The position numbers and the translations under genes were made by a program. Of a stretch of 64,000 bases of DNA, positions 50,868 through 61,896 are shown piece after piece (the first letter of the stretch is position 1; the number at the start of each line of letters is the position of its first letter). Under the pieces are notes generated by a model that made no database searches, had not been told where the DNA came from, and saw only the letters and a program-made list of their open reading frames with translations. Source of the DNA: Bacteroidota bacterium (lineage in GTDB: Bacteria > Bacteroidota > Bacteroidia > AKYH767-A > 2013-40CM-41-45); NCBI GenBank assembly GCA_031417395.1, contig JANOVM010000036.1, positions 56,956 through 120,955 on the forward strand, in the 5' to 3' direction.

Positions 50868-51533
50868 TTATTTCTTTTTCTCATCTTTCGCAGGAGCTTT
50901 TGCAGCCGGAGCAGCAGCACCTGCAGCAGCAGCACCTGCAGCCGGAGCAGCAGCGGCAGCAGCCGGAGCAGCTGTTTTATCTTCAACAACGACACGAGTT
51001 GTTTTCACAGCTGTAATTACATTGTTAGGAGAATCTAAAAACTCTACACCTTTGACTTTAATATCACGTACACGAACGCTGTCGCCGATATTCATATCAT
51101 CGATTTTTAGTTCAACCAGATCAGGAAGATCTTTAGGCAATGCTGAAATCTTAAGTTTTCTTATTTTATTGATTAACTGTCCACCAGCACGTACACCTAC
51201 AGAATTTCCTTTTATTCTAACAGGAATTTCAATAGTTACTTTCTTCGCATCGCTTAATTCCAGAAAGTCGATATGAAGTATTTTATCACTTACAGCATGA
51301 AACTGAATGTCTTTCATAATGGCATTAAATTTTGCGCCATCGATATCCAATTCAACCGTATGTACTTCAGGTGTGTACACCAATCCTTTGAAGGAGCTCG
51401 CCGGCGCACTGAAATGGTATTGTTCTTTTCCACCATAAAGCACACACGGAACCTTACCCTCTGCCCGCAGTTGCTTTGTTTCCTGCTTAGTCTGGGCTGC
51501 TCTTTTTGTTCCGCTAATTGAAATTGATTTCAT
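50868..51533 (-). CDS. rplY: 50S ribosomal protein L25 / general stress protein Ctc with Ala/Pro-rich C-terminal tail
   Basis: 221 aa. L25/Ctc beta-barrel N-terminus. C-terminal AAPAAAAAAPAAGAAAAGAAAPAAKAPAKDEKKK. Confidence 0.85.
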   Translation of the reverse strand: MKSISISGTKRAAQTKQETKQLRAEGKVPCVLYGGKEQYHFSAPASSFKGLVYTPEVHTVELDIDGAKFNAIMKDIQFHAVSDKILHIDFLELSDAKKVTIEIPVRIKGNSVGVRAGGQLINKIRKLKISALPKDLPDLVELKIDDMNIGDSVRVRDIKVKGVEFLDSPNNVITAVKTTRVVVEDKTAAPAAAAAAPAAGAAAAGAAAPAAKAPAKDEKKK

Positions 51534-51544
51534 TTTTTTTTATT

Positions 51545-51592
51545 ATTTAGTTGTTATTAGTATTTAGTACTTAGTACATAGTACTTAGTTAT
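51545..51592 (-). promoter_or_regulatory. (AAGTACT)n heptamer array upstream of rplY/ctc
   Basis: Gene sense: AACTAAGTACTATGTACTAAGTACTAAATACTAATAAC, 15-60 nt upstream of the ATG. Confidence 0.45.
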
Positions 51593-51649
51593 TTTGTAAT
51601 AATTTTTAGTCCTTTTTCTTTTGTATATCTTTTATTTTTTTACTAAGTA

Positions 51650-52588
51650 CTAGACCAGGAACAACTGACTAATACTCTCATAAACATAAACCCTTCTAAT
51701 AATTCTTGCAAAGAGTTCTGCAGTTGGAATAACTTTTATTTTATCACATTCCTGTCGCAGAGGTATTGTATCTGTTACAACAAGTTCTGTAAGTTTTGAT
51801 TTACGTATTCTGTCATAAGCGTTTCCTGAAAGAACGGCATGAGTGCAAAGCGCACGCACACTACTAGCTCCTTTATCGAAAAGCATTTCAGCAGCCTTAG
51901 TTAAAGTTCCTGCAGTATCTACAATGTCATCGACAAGAACGATATCTCTTCCTTCAACTTCTCCGATTACAGTCATAGCATCAATTTCATTTGCTTTTTT
52001 GCGCTGCTTGTCGCAGATTACCATTTCTGCATTGAAATATTTAGCATAGCCTCTGGCCCTGTTAACACCGCCCATATCAGGAGCTGCAACAGTTAAATTA
52101 GGTAAATTAAGAGACTCGAGATAAGGCACAAACAATGAAGAAGGCTCCAGGTGATCAACAGGAATGTCAAAAAATCCTTGAATTTGTGGAGCGTGGAGGT
52201 CCATTGTCATTATCCTTGTAACTCCTGCAGCACTTAGCAGATTTGCAACAAGTTTTGCCGCAATGGCAACTCTTGGCTTGTCTTTCCTGTCAGAACGTGC
52301 AAAGCCGAAATAAGGGATTACTGCAGTTATATAATGAGCAGAAGCTCTTTTTGCAGCATCAATAAGCATAAGCAATTCCATCAGGTTATCCGATGGTGAA
52401 AAGGTTGATTGAATGATGAAAACATCATATCCTCTCACAGATTCATCGAATGCAGGTGAAAATTCGCCATCGCTGAAACGCGCTACATTAACCTTTCCTA
52501 ATGGGACTCCATAAGCATGTGCTATGTTTTCGGCCAAATACCGTGTCGCAGTACCGGAGAATATTTTTACGTTGCGTTCCATTTCCAT
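51650..52588 (-). CDS. prs: ribose-phosphate pyrophosphokinase
   Basis: 312 aa. PRPP-binding DLHA...VLVDDIVDTAGT motifs. Confidence 0.9.
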   Translation of the reverse strand: MEMERNVKIFSGTATRYLAENIAHAYGVPLGKVNVARFSDGEFSPAFDESVRGYDVFIIQSTFSPSDNLMELLMLIDAAKRASAHYITAVIPYFGFARSDRKDKPRVAIAAKLVANLLSAAGVTRIMTMDLHAPQIQGFFDIPVDHLEPSSLFVPYLESLNLPNLTVAAPDMGGVNRARGYAKYFNAEMVICDKQRKKANEIDAMTVIGEVEGRDIVLVDDIVDTAGTLTKAAEMLFDKGASSVRALCTHAVLSGNAYDRIRKSKLTELVVTDTIPLRQECDKIKVIPTAELFARIIRRVYVYESISQLFLV

Positions 52589-52900
52589 GCCCCTGAATTT
52601 CGGGCTGCAAAGAAAAGAAAATCAGGCGTAAAAGGCAAATATTATTGTGATTATTCTCTATAAAACAATGCCTTTTTATCGAATTTTTTAAGAAGAGAAA
52701 ATGATTTAATTCAAAAAGCCCGAATATCTGAAAATGTACCTCCTGGCATTTAAAACTGATCCTGTGTATTGAAACACTAATTGCGAGCCCAAAATCACAT
52801 TTTTAGCACACATTTCAGATTGAAATCCGCCCGGGTTGGAAAGGGTATTCATTGAAGTAATTGCTGAATTGTAAAAAAGGGTAGAGTTTAAAATCCTTTT

Positions 52901-54544
52901 TTGATATTTGCAGGAGTAAACTGTTTTATAAACATTAAATCCCATATCATGAAAATCAAAATTCTTTTTTTAAATCTGCTTTTGTTTGTTTCAATTACTG
53001 CTTCTGCCGATACACAATTTAAACAATCAATCGGCTTCCCCGATGCAAGTGCAGAGTTTCTTAGCGGATGCGAAACTCCCGATAGCGGATATGTTTTTTT
53101 AGGAAACACTACGGATACTGTAAGCAAAATATCTAAACTTTTTTTAGTTAAGATGGATCTGCAAGGTTCTCTTATATGGAGTAAAACTTACGAATACCCT
53201 ATTGATGCTTTTGGTATTAAGGTGGCAGCTGCTTCTAATGGAGAAATTGTTATGATGGGATATACTTTTCTCGACAGCATTCCCTACGACGATATTTTTC
53301 TTATCCGCACTCAGTCCGATGGCACAATCTTGTGGAGTAAAAGTTATGGAGGGAATGACATCGATGAAGGAAACGATATGATAATCGATGCCCAGGGAAA
53401 TATTGTTGTTGCGGGCTATACCTATTCTTTTGGCTCAGCACTTAAATCAGGCTATGTATTAAAAACGGATGGCAACGGTATTTATTCATGGAGCAAAACG
53501 TATTCACAAAACGTAAATCAGGAGTTTAACGGTATTAGTCAGACGAGCGATTATGGCTATATACTTTCCGGTTATACCCAAGCACCTCCGGGAATTAATT
53601 TCGATGGCTATATGGTAAAAACCGATAGTGCCGGAGGTGTTAACTGGTCTAAACGAACAGGCGGTTCACTTTCGGAAATCCTCTACAAAGGTTGGCAAGA
53701 TTCAGCAGGGGATTATTATTTCTCAGGCTCTGCAAGCACCAATACGTTAAGTGGAAATCAGGATGGTTGGCTGCTCAAAGTAAATTCACTTGGAACAAGC
53801 AATCTGATAAATTATACATACGGTACTTCCATTGCAGAAAGGACGTATAGCATTGCTGTCAACTCTACAGGAAGTTCATTGATTTTATCCGGATATTCAT
53901 TAAGCAGTTCAGGTTATGAGAATGCGCTTTATCTTCCATTAAATCCCATGGATGGTACATTAACCGGCAGTGCACTTTTTGCAGGAACAGCTACCGGTAA
54001 TGCAAGAGCACTTGCTTCTTTTTATTCTTCAACAGGTTTGGTACAGGCCGGTTATATTTTTACTGCAACCGATTCTTTAGGCAGTGCTTATGCTGTAAAG
54101 TATGCTACCAATACAAGTCCATGTCAGGTAGGCATTGCTTCTTTGGATATAGTTAATCAAAACACAACTGCTTTGTATACGGACAGTGCGGGATCGATTG
54201 AAGCTTTGGCAGCCTCATTGTCGAATAGTGTTTCTTTCATTACCAATGCGTCTAATCCCGGCCAGAATGTTTTTTGCTTACTGTCATCAACTTCGGAAGC
54301 AGATGGAATGGAATCAATTTTTCTTTCTCCAAATCCTGCCCAACAAACGCTGACAGTTGAAACACCGTTTGAGCAGAACGCTCAAATTCGTATAGTTGAT
54401 ATAAATGGCAGAATCATCTTTAATACAGAGGCTCAGGACAGTAAAACGAATTTATCAATATCAAATCTTGCTTCCGGTGTTTATCAATTAGTAATAGAGA
54501 GCGGAAATAAAATGTTAAGGAAAAAGTTTGTAAAGGTTGATTAA
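52901..54544 (+). CDS. T9SS-sorted secreted protein with beta-propeller-like repeats (547 aa)
   Basis: Signal peptide. Repeated ...G..I.WSK(T/S)YG motifs. C-terminal FLSPNPAQQTLTVE...FVKVD CTD. Confidence 0.5.
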   Translation: MIFAGVNCFINIKSHIMKIKILFLNLLLFVSITASADTQFKQSIGFPDASAEFLSGCETPDSGYVFLGNTTDTVSKISKLFLVKMDLQGSLIWSKTYEYPIDAFGIKVAAASNGEIVMMGYTFLDSIPYDDIFLIRTQSDGTILWSKSYGGNDIDEGNDMIIDAQGNIVVAGYTYSFGSALKSGYVLKTDGNGIYSWSKTYSQNVNQEFNGISQTSDYGYILSGYTQAPPGINFDGYMVKTDSAGGVNWSKRTGGSLSEILYKGWQDSAGDYYFSGSASTNTLSGNQDGWLLKVNSLGTSNLINYTYGTSIAERTYSIAVNSTGSSLILSGYSLSSSGYENALYLPLNPMDGTLTGSALFAGTATGNARALASFYSSTGLVQAGYIFTATDSLGSAYAVKYATNTSPCQVGIASLDIVNQNTTALYTDSAGSIEALAASLSNSVSFITNASNPGQNVFCLLSSTSEADGMESIFLSPNPAQQTLTVETPFEQNAQIRIVDINGRIIFNTEAQDSKTNLSISNLASGVYQLVIESGNKMLRKKFVKVD

Positions 54545-54902
54545 AAAAACGCTTAAGATTTTTTCCGGATCAAGGTTGTGAAGCATTGAATAAAGAAGGA
54601 TTTATTGTTTTATCTGACTGGCAAGGCGAAGCAGAAATCAGCGGAGGGGAAATCGCTTTTTTAAATTAATTCTCAGCCATTCCTCTAAAATACAAGATGT
54701 TTTTGTGCCCTCTGTTGAGAACTTAGTGTACTTTGTGGTAAAACAACACCTGCATGATTTTTCCCACAGAAAAAATAAAGGCAATAATAAATACTACTTC
54801 TAGAATTATAGAAAAGCAAAGAGAAATAACTCTAAATCAATCTTGCATTAGAATGCATACATTTGTAAGGAGTTCAAATAAATTTCTTTAGATTTCAGCA
54901 TC

Positions 54903-56351
54903 TTGATTAAATCTATTCTGCAAAACCGACAAACGCCTTTTTGGTTGATTGCTTTTACTTTTTTAATTGGCCTCACACTGCCAACGCTTATCAAAGATGG
55001 CATGTTTATGGATGCCGTATTATATACAAGTGTCTCTCATAATTTAAGCATGGGAATTGGTTCCTTTTGGTTTCCTCAATTCAGCTTACACAACATAGCA
55101 GGTTTGTCTTCATTTCATGAACAGCCACCGCTTGTTTTTGGAATACAAGCCATCTTCTTTAAGCTATTTGGCGATAGCCTATACGTGGAGCGGTTTTACA
55201 CTTTTCTAACCATGTGCATTTCAGCTGCATTAATAAACATGTTGTGGAAAGAAATTTACAGGAAGAATGAAGCTATGAGAAAGCTCGGATGGTTACCCAT
55301 TATTCTTTGGATAACTATTCCTATTTGTTTTTGGTCATATTCCAACAACATGCATGAAAATACTATGGGGATTTTCACTCTTTGTGCTGTACTAATAATA
55401 TTTAAAGCTGCAATCTCTCCTAATATTGAAATAACAAAATGTATTTTTGCCGGAGTCTTTGTTTTTTTGGCAACCCTGAGCAAAGGTATACCCGGATTTT
55501 TTCCCGTAGTAGTGCCATTTTTATATTGGATAGTAGTTTCACGGAAAGATTTTTCTAAAATGATTAAACAAACATCCATAAGTTTAGTTGTCCTTTTTTT
55601 AATATATGTAATATTGTTTTTAATTCCCGAAAGCAGGGAAAGTTTGTCGACTTATTTTTTTAAGAGAGTGATTCACAGAATGAGTGAAGACCCGACAGTG
55701 GATAATAGGTTTTTTATTTTGATTCGATTGTTCACGGAACTTTTGCCTCAAATCGGAGTGGTAATTATTTTGATGGTAGTTTCTAAAATGAAAAGAATCG
55801 ATTTTAAGTTTTCCGCTTCTTTCAAAGATTTCCTTTTTTTTATACTTACCGGTTTTGCAGCATCAGCTCCTTTAATGTTGACAATGGTACAGAAGGGCTT
55901 TTACTTTGTTCCGGCTCTTCCGTTTTTCGCTATTGGCTTTTCTATTTTAATTGCCCCCGTCATCTCGAATTTATTGTTACGGATAAATACAGCAAAAATC
56001 ACCTTCGCTATGTTTTTAATTATATCGTTTGTGTTATTTTTCAGCACAACAACTTTTGCTTTGATGCAGAAAGGTAAAACGGGCAGGAATAAAGAGCTGC
56101 TCCACGATGTTTATTTATTTGGTAAAATTATTCCGACGCATTCAACGGCATCCATTCCTGAACAAATGTGGAATCAATGGGACTTGCAATGCTACCTTAT
56201 ACGGTATTTCAGTATCAGCCTGGAAACAGAAGGGATAAGCAGCTATTTAATTTTGGACAAAGGTTTGTATCCGGATGCTATATCAAATTATAAAATAATT
56301 GACCTCGAAACTTTAAAATATAATCTTTATGAGCGTGAGGGAAAAAAATAA
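54903..56351 (+). CDS. polytopic membrane protein, glycosyltransferase family 39 (ArnT/PMT-like) candidate
   Basis: At least 10 predicted TM helices. N-terminal loop LIKDGMFMDAVLY resembles the DE/DG..Y loop of GT39 enzymes. The start codon is uncertain (the ORF track uses an alternative start). Confidence 0.4.
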   Translation: MIKSILQNRQTPFWLIAFTFLIGLTLPTLIKDGMFMDAVLYTSVSHNLSMGIGSFWFPQFSLHNIAGLSSFHEQPPLVFGIQAIFFKLFGDSLYVERFYTFLTMCISAALINMLWKEIYRKNEAMRKLGWLPIILWITIPICFWSYSNNMHENTMGIFTLCAVLIIFKAAISPNIEITKCIFAGVFVFLATLSKGIPGFFPVVVPFLYWIVVSRKDFSKMIKQTSISLVVLFLIYVILFLIPESRESLSTYFFKRVIHRMSEDPTVDNRFFILIRLFTELLPQIGVVIILMVVSKMKRIDFKFSASFKDFLFFILTGFAASAPLMLTMVQKGFYFVPALPFFAIGFSILIAPVISNLLLRINTAKITFAMFLIISFVLFFSTTTFALMQKGKTGRNKELLHDVYLFGKIIPTHSTASIPEQMWNQWDLQCYLIRYFSISLETEGISSYLILDKGLYPDAISNYKIIDLETLKYNLYEREGKK

Positions 56352-56790
56352 AATGCAAAAAGTTTCCTTTCAATCAGTGGAGGAGTTTTTGGACTATTTG
56401 CCGGTCGAGGAACTTGAAATTGTTCAGTTTCTTAGAAAGATTGTTTTCAATTGCATTCAGGGAGTTGAGGAAAAACTTTCTTATAATGTTCCGTTTTTCA
56501 AAAGGAATAAAAATATATGCTTTATCTGGCCAGCATCTGTTTTATGGGGAAAAAGGAAAACATATGAAGGTGTTCGTTTTGGTTTTACGTACGGAAATTT
56601 ATTAGTTGATGATATTGGTTACCTGGAGAAGGATGAAAGAAAGCAGGTTTATTGGAAGACTTTTACAGCCCTAAAGCAAATTGATATTGATTTGCTTAAA
56701 TCGTATATTTTTGAAGCAGCTGTTATTGATCAGCAATTCAACATTGATAGCAAGATAAGCGCAAATAAAAAAGGGTTATCCGGAATATAA
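56329..56790 (+). CDS. DUF1801 (YdhG-like) domain protein
   Basis: 153 aa. Pattern ...EEFLDYLPVEELEIVQFLRKIV... typical of DUF1801. Confidence 0.4.
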   Translation: MSVREKNKMQKVSFQSVEEFLDYLPVEELEIVQFLRKIVFNCIQGVEEKLSYNVPFFKRNKNICFIWPASVLWGKRKTYEGVRFGFTYGNLLVDDIGYLEKDERKQVYWKTFTALKQIDIDLLKSYIFEAAVIDQQFNIDSKISANKKGLSGI

Positions 56791-56976
56791 ACAAAAATGT
56801 TTTACAATTTATGCTGATATTAAATAGGGCCATGACATATTTCTTACCTTGCATTTTCATATTAGGATTCAATACATTTTAGTGCAACCAGCTTCTTATC
56901 TAAATTCAGTATATCACAAAGTGTTTTATTCTAAGGTAACGAACAGTTTCAGTCTTCTTTCCAACCGCAGAGCATT

Positions 56977-57777
56977 ATGCACCCTTTAGGATATTTATTA
57001 TCTATTTTGATTGGAATATCCCTCGGACTTATTGGCGGGGGAGGTTCTATAATGACGGTTCCTGTTTTAGTCTATGTTTTTGGAGTCAAGCCCACGATTG
57101 CAACAGGCTATTCTCTTTTTATTGTTGGAATTGCTGCATTTATCGGATCCATAAAGTATTTCAACAATAAACTTATAAGTCTGCAGATTGCATTTTATTT
57201 TTCCATACCCTCTATGGTTGCTATAGCGGTTACAAGGAAGTTTCTGATGCCACTTGTTCCGGAAGAGATTTTCAAATTCGGGAATTTCTTATTTACCAAA
57301 GACGTACTAATTCTTGTTGTTTTTGCAATCATAATGATCGCTTCGGCTAAATCCATGATTCGAAGCCGTACTTCAGATGTTCAGGAAACAAAATCCGGAG
57401 AAGAGAGGCATATTTCAAAAGTTATGCTTGATGGATTAGTAGTAGGATTCCTGACAGGTTTTTTGGGTATTGGCGGAGGCTTCCTTATTATTCCTGTTCT
57501 GGTTGTTTTGGCCAGACTGCCCATGAAAATTGCCATTGGAACTTCATTGTTAATAATAGCCATCAATTCTTTCGTGGGTTTCTCCATTGATGTTTTCTCC
57601 GGAGTGCCTATAGATTACAAATTTTTATTTATGATATCGTTGTTTAGTGTCTCGGGAATCTTTATTGGTTTCGAATTCGGAAAGAAAATTCACGGCGACA
57701 AATTAAAACCGGCTTTTGGATGGTTTATTCTGGCAATGGGGATTTATATTTTAGTTAGGGAAATATTTTTTTCCTAA
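56977..57777 (+). CDS. sulfite exporter TauE/SafE-family membrane protein
   Basis: 266 aa. GGGGSIMTVPVLVYVFGV and GIGGGFLIIPVLVVL repeated half-motifs. Confidence 0.7.
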   Translation: MHPLGYLLSILIGISLGLIGGGGSIMTVPVLVYVFGVKPTIATGYSLFIVGIAAFIGSIKYFNNKLISLQIAFYFSIPSMVAIAVTRKFLMPLVPEEIFKFGNFLFTKDVLILVVFAIIMIASAKSMIRSRTSDVQETKSGEERHISKVMLDGLVVGFLTGFLGIGGGFLIIPVLVVLARLPMKIAIGTSLLIIAINSFVGFSIDVFSGVPIDYKFLFMISLFSVSGIFIGFEFGKKIHGDKLKPAFGWFILAMGIYILVREIFFS

Positions 57778-58151
57778 AGGTTTAGACTATTAAAAATAGA
57801 GTACCCCATTTCTATTTTCTGAACAGTATACATCGTTCTTGAATTGACTTCATAGAGATTTAACGCAATCATGTCATTGTTTTCCATATGCTCCCTTGCA
57901 ATGATAAGCAAATCTTTTGTGTCGTATTTGAAAGAGTCTTCAATTTCAATAATGAAATATCGATCTTTTTTATTTTCCGAGTCAAATCTATTATGTTTGA
58001 TCAACCGACTATAATATTGGGAAAACACTAAATCACCTTCATAACAATTATTAATCATTTGATCTTCCTTTGTATCATTGAAATTAACTGAAGAAAATGA
58101 GTTGGATTTTAAAATTGGTCCAATCAATGAATCATCATTTATATATTCCAT
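57774..58151 (-). CDS. hypothetical protein
   Basis: 125 aa ORF, no motif. 4-nt overlap with the end of the TauE gene. Confidence 0.3.
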   Translation of the reverse strand: MEYINDDSLIGPILKSNSFSSVNFNDTKEDQMINNCYEGDLVFSQYYSRLIKHNRFDSENKKDRYFIIEIEDSFKYDTKDLLIIAREHMENNDMIALNLYEVNSRTMYTVQKIEMGYSIFNSLNL

Positions 58152-58415
58152 AGGTTGAAGTTGTATATGTGATTTTGCTTCCTGATTTTAAAAACTCGTT
58201 AAGGAGTTCAATGCAAAAGTATTCGTACATATCTGGTGGTATGTTAAGGGAAGTATATTAGTTCATTAACTATTCCCGGAATGAACAGCGCCGAACTTTA
58301 GTACTAAGTATTCGCTTTTCGCCCAATGTTAATGAACAGTTAATTGTATGTTACTAAGAAAAAATTTTTGTATTGTGAAAAAAGCAGTAATATTACCCTA
58401 TAAATATTTTAAATT

Positions 58416-58673
58416 ATGGAAACTAAGAACACATCTAAGAAAAAAATTAAACAAGAAGTTGTATCCGGTATTGAAAGTGTATTATCGAAATATAATATGG
58501 ACGCAACTTTGGAATCGGGAAAGAAAATTAAATCTCTGGCTAAGCAACTCTTGAAAAAATTTGGAAAGGAACTTAAACGAGCTGAAAAAAAGAACGGAAA
58601 TTTAGCAAAAGCCAAAACTATTTCATCTAAACCTGCCGTTAAGAAAGCTGTCAGAAGGAAGACTGTTAGATAA
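58416..58673 (+). CDS. histone H1-like, Lys-rich nucleoid-associated protein
   Basis: 85 aa, very Lys/Ala-rich (KKAVRRKTVR C-terminus), followed by a strong terminator. Confidence 0.45.
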   Translation: METKNTSKKKIKQEVVSGIESVLSKYNMDATLESGKKIKSLAKQLLKKFGKELKRAEKKNGNLAKAKTISSKPAVKKAVRRKTVR

Positions 58674-58743
58674 AAAGGGCCAGATATTTTTACTGTTTTT
58701 TTTGTAAGGAAAGTGCCTAATTGCCATTTTGCGTTATTGTTTA

Positions 58744-58779
58744 GGTTGAAGTATATAATTATGCTTCAACCTTTTTTTT
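58744..58779 (+). terminator. rho-independent terminator
   Basis: GGTTGAAGTAT-loop-ATGCTTCAACC followed by T8. Confidence 0.55.
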
Positions 58780-59104
58780 GAAAACAAAAAACCATACAGG
58801 TAAAAATTAATTTAAATTTTACTGGTAAAGAAAATTTTCTTATGTCTTAAGTATTATTGTTTTTCTCAAAATGGTTTTTTCTTTGGAATAGGCGCACTGT
58901 CTAAAACCTTTTATTAACGCACTGTTTACTTTGTATTGGTTATGACTTAACAAAAGGTTAATAGCAATTTTAATTTGGAGTCGAACTGAAAACTCACCTT
59001 TGCTGTATTATTTGTGTGCTTTAATCATATTCACTTTTGATTAAATGCAGTCACTTAATTATAGCAAATACATTCTACGCGCAAACACTTAAAATCTAAA
59101 TAAC

Positions 59105-60493
59105 ATGAAAAGAATTACTCTTATTTTATTATCATTAATTCTAAATCATTCCTCAAAAGCAGTGAATGGTTTGGAAGGTATTATTGTCGAGAAATATTAT
59201 ATTTCTAGTGAAAACGACACAAACCTCAATCTTGTTGGAGGGGTACTTCCTCCCGGATCAGTTACATACCGAATTTATGTGGATATGCTTCCAAACTATA
59301 AGTTTCAGGCTGCATTTGGTATAACGGGGCATGAATTAAAATTATCTACCACAACAAATTTTTTTAATAATGAGGATAGGGGAAATGAAGCTCCTACATA
59401 TACTAAAACACAAGCCGCCGGCAATACTGTTATGCTTGACTCTTGGTTATCCGCCGGTGCAGCATGTTCCGGAAACTTTGGAGTCTTAAAGTCTGATGAC
59501 AATGCTACATCAAATACAACAAACAATGATGGAATTCTTCAGAATAACGATCCATTAGCAGGTATTCCTTTAACATCAAGAGATGGATTCCTTGCAGGTT
59601 CACCTCAGGCGGTAACCTTTGTGGGAATCAATTCTTTGTTACCAATTTTTGATAACGTAAATAACACAGGAAATCTATTCTCTACTTTTAATGGTTCATG
59701 GTCTTCACTTAGCGGTTCTACAGGCCCCACTGCTGATAATAAGGTTCTTATTGCCCAAATTACCACGGATGGTATCTTTTCTTTTGAATTAAATATTCAA
59801 ATTGGTACACCAACAGGCGGGGTTCAACAATATGTTGCAAGAAATCCTACCGGAAGCCAGGTTCAGTTGCCGTCACTGATTTATCAAAATGTACCGGAGA
59901 TAAGTTTGAACCTGAAAGTGTTGCTTGAAGGTTTTTATCTTGGTGGTGGCCTAATGAATGCGTCTATCGACCCTCTAACTTATCCCAATTTTAGTGATTC
60001 TTTATTTTTAGAATTAGCTGCCGGTACCTCACCTTACGCTACTGTTTATTCAGATACTGCAATATTATTTACAAATGGTAAAGCACAATTTCGTTTTTTA
60101 AGAAATATTGTTGGAGGCTCTTATTATTTGGTTTTGCGTCATCGTAATTCCATGGAAACTTGGAGTGCAAATCCTGTTGTTATTGATGCAAATTTGAATT
60201 ATGATTTTAGTAGCGCAGCCAATAAGGCTTATGGAGGAAATCAATCGCTGACACCGGATGGATTGTATTATGCATTCTACGGAGGCGACATATCGGATGC
60301 GGGAACAGCAATAATAGGGGTACAGGATGGAATTATCGAGTCTCAAGATTATGGTGACATGGAAAATGCTGTATATGTTACAAAGCTTGGCTATGTACCT
60401 GAAGACGTAACAGGAGATCGATTGGTTGAATCTGCTGATTATGGTTTAATTGAGAATAACGTTTATTTTACAGTTGTGAAAATGCGTCCCTAA
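59105..60493 (+). CDS. secreted hypothetical protein, paralog of 60731..61813 but lacking a T9SS CTD (462 aa)
   Basis: Signal peptide. N-terminal ~240 aa closely similar to the next gene (GLEGIIVEKYY.S..NDT.LN..GG.LP.GSVTYRIY.DMLP.Y.FQAAFGI.GHEL...). Confidence 0.45.
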   Translation: MKRITLILLSLILNHSSKAVNGLEGIIVEKYYISSENDTNLNLVGGVLPPGSVTYRIYVDMLPNYKFQAAFGITGHELKLSTTTNFFNNEDRGNEAPTYTKTQAAGNTVMLDSWLSAGAACSGNFGVLKSDDNATSNTTNNDGILQNNDPLAGIPLTSRDGFLAGSPQAVTFVGINSLLPIFDNVNNTGNLFSTFNGSWSSLSGSTGPTADNKVLIAQITTDGIFSFELNIQIGTPTGGVQQYVARNPTGSQVQLPSLIYQNVPEISLNLKVLLEGFYLGGGLMNASIDPLTYPNFSDSLFLELAAGTSPYATVYSDTAILFTNGKAQFRFLRNIVGGSYYLVLRHRNSMETWSANPVVIDANLNYDFSSAANKAYGGNQSLTPDGLYYAFYGGDISDAGTAIIGVQDGIIESQDYGDMENAVYVTKLGYVPEDVTGDRLVESADYGLIENNVYFTVVKMRP

Positions 60494-60730
60494 TAAATAA
60501 GGATAAGTAAGATTTATTAAATGCCGGTTTCAGTTTCTGTAACCGGCATTTTCATATAAATACATTTGTAAACAAATTGTTGCAATTATTTTAAGTTCTC
60601 GTAAAGAAAGGACTTCAAATTAACCTAAAGATAACATTAGTTTTATGCAGGCAATATTTTGTATTCTGACATTTGACCTCACGTAATTTAGGTATTTACA
60701 CCAAAACCCTTAAACATAAATTAAAGTCAG

Positions 60731-61813
60731 ATGAAAAAAATATTACTAGGATTAAGCCTTCTCTTTTTTTGCAAACCGGGTCAAGCCCAAAATGGATTGG
60801 AAAATATTATTGTAGAAAAATATTATGTTTCCGATGCTAACGACACAACTCTAAACTCTACAGGTGGAATTCTTCCTGTCGGATCCGTAACATATAGAAT
60901 CTATGCAGATATGCTTCCCGGATATAGATTTCAGGCAGCGTTTGGAATCCCCGGACATGAACTCAGGATTCAGACAACAACTTTGTTTTTTAATAATGAA
61001 GATCGTGGAGCAACTTCACCGACCTATTCTAAAGTACAGGCTTCCCATAACACCGTAATGCTTGATTCATGGTTATCGGTAGGGGCTGCTTGTGCAGGGA
61101 ATTTCGGTGTTCTAAAATCAGAAGATAATAGTGCAGGAACTGTTATGAATACGGACGGTATATTAATTAATGCAGATCCTTCAATTGGAGTTCCGCTCAC
61201 GTTGGAAGATGGAATGATTGCCGGCACACCGGAACCTGTAACAACTGTTGGTATATCTACAGAGATTGCTGTTTTTGATAATCAGAATGATGGGACGAAT
61301 GGTCCTTTATTTACTACACAAAACGGTTCCTGGGCATCCCTTAACGGTTCTATCGGTCCTGACACCAATACTAATAAAGTATTGATAGCTCAAATTACTA
61401 CCGACGGTATTCTATCCTTTGAACTGAATATACAAATTGGCACACCCTCGGGTGGCGTTCAACAATATGTAGCACAGAATCCTGTTGGAAGTGAAATTCT
61501 TCTTCCTTCTTTAATATTTAATTCAAGTACAACTCAGGTTGGTAACCTTAAAGCTGAAGCGTCTTCGTTTGAAGTTTACCCTAATCCGGCGAAGGACATA
61601 TTAACATTGAAAGAAAATACTAAAAATGAAACTAAGTGGAATGGATATTCTATTTATGATTTGTTTGGCCGAAAACTTATAAATAAGGAATTTGGTTCTA
61701 AGTCAGATTTTAAAATTGAATATATTGATATTTCATCTTTAGCATCCGGACAATATTTCATTGTTCTTTCAACGAAAGATCAAGTGACAACTAAAAAATT
61801 TATAAAGCAATAA
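60731..61813 (+). CDS. T9SS-sorted secreted protein, paralog of 59105..60493 (360 aa)
   Basis: Shared N-terminal domain. C-terminal FEVYPNPAKDILTLK...KKFIKQ CTD. Confidence 0.5.
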   Translation: MKKILLGLSLLFFCKPGQAQNGLENIIVEKYYVSDANDTTLNSTGGILPVGSVTYRIYADMLPGYRFQAAFGIPGHELRIQTTTLFFNNEDRGATSPTYSKVQASHNTVMLDSWLSVGAACAGNFGVLKSEDNSAGTVMNTDGILINADPSIGVPLTLEDGMIAGTPEPVTTVGISTEIAVFDNQNDGTNGPLFTTQNGSWASLNGSIGPDTNTNKVLIAQITTDGILSFELNIQIGTPSGGVQQYVAQNPVGSEILLPSLIFNSSTTQVGNLKAEASSFEVYPNPAKDILTLKENTKNETKWNGYSIYDLFGRKLINKEFGSKSDFKIEYIDISSLASGQYFIVLSTKDQVTTKKFIKQ

Positions 61814-61896
61814 TTAAAAAATAAAATTGAATTGTGCATCTCCGAAGAATGTTCTTTTTCGGAGATTCTTTTGTTAGAACCAATAATTGTTAGTTA

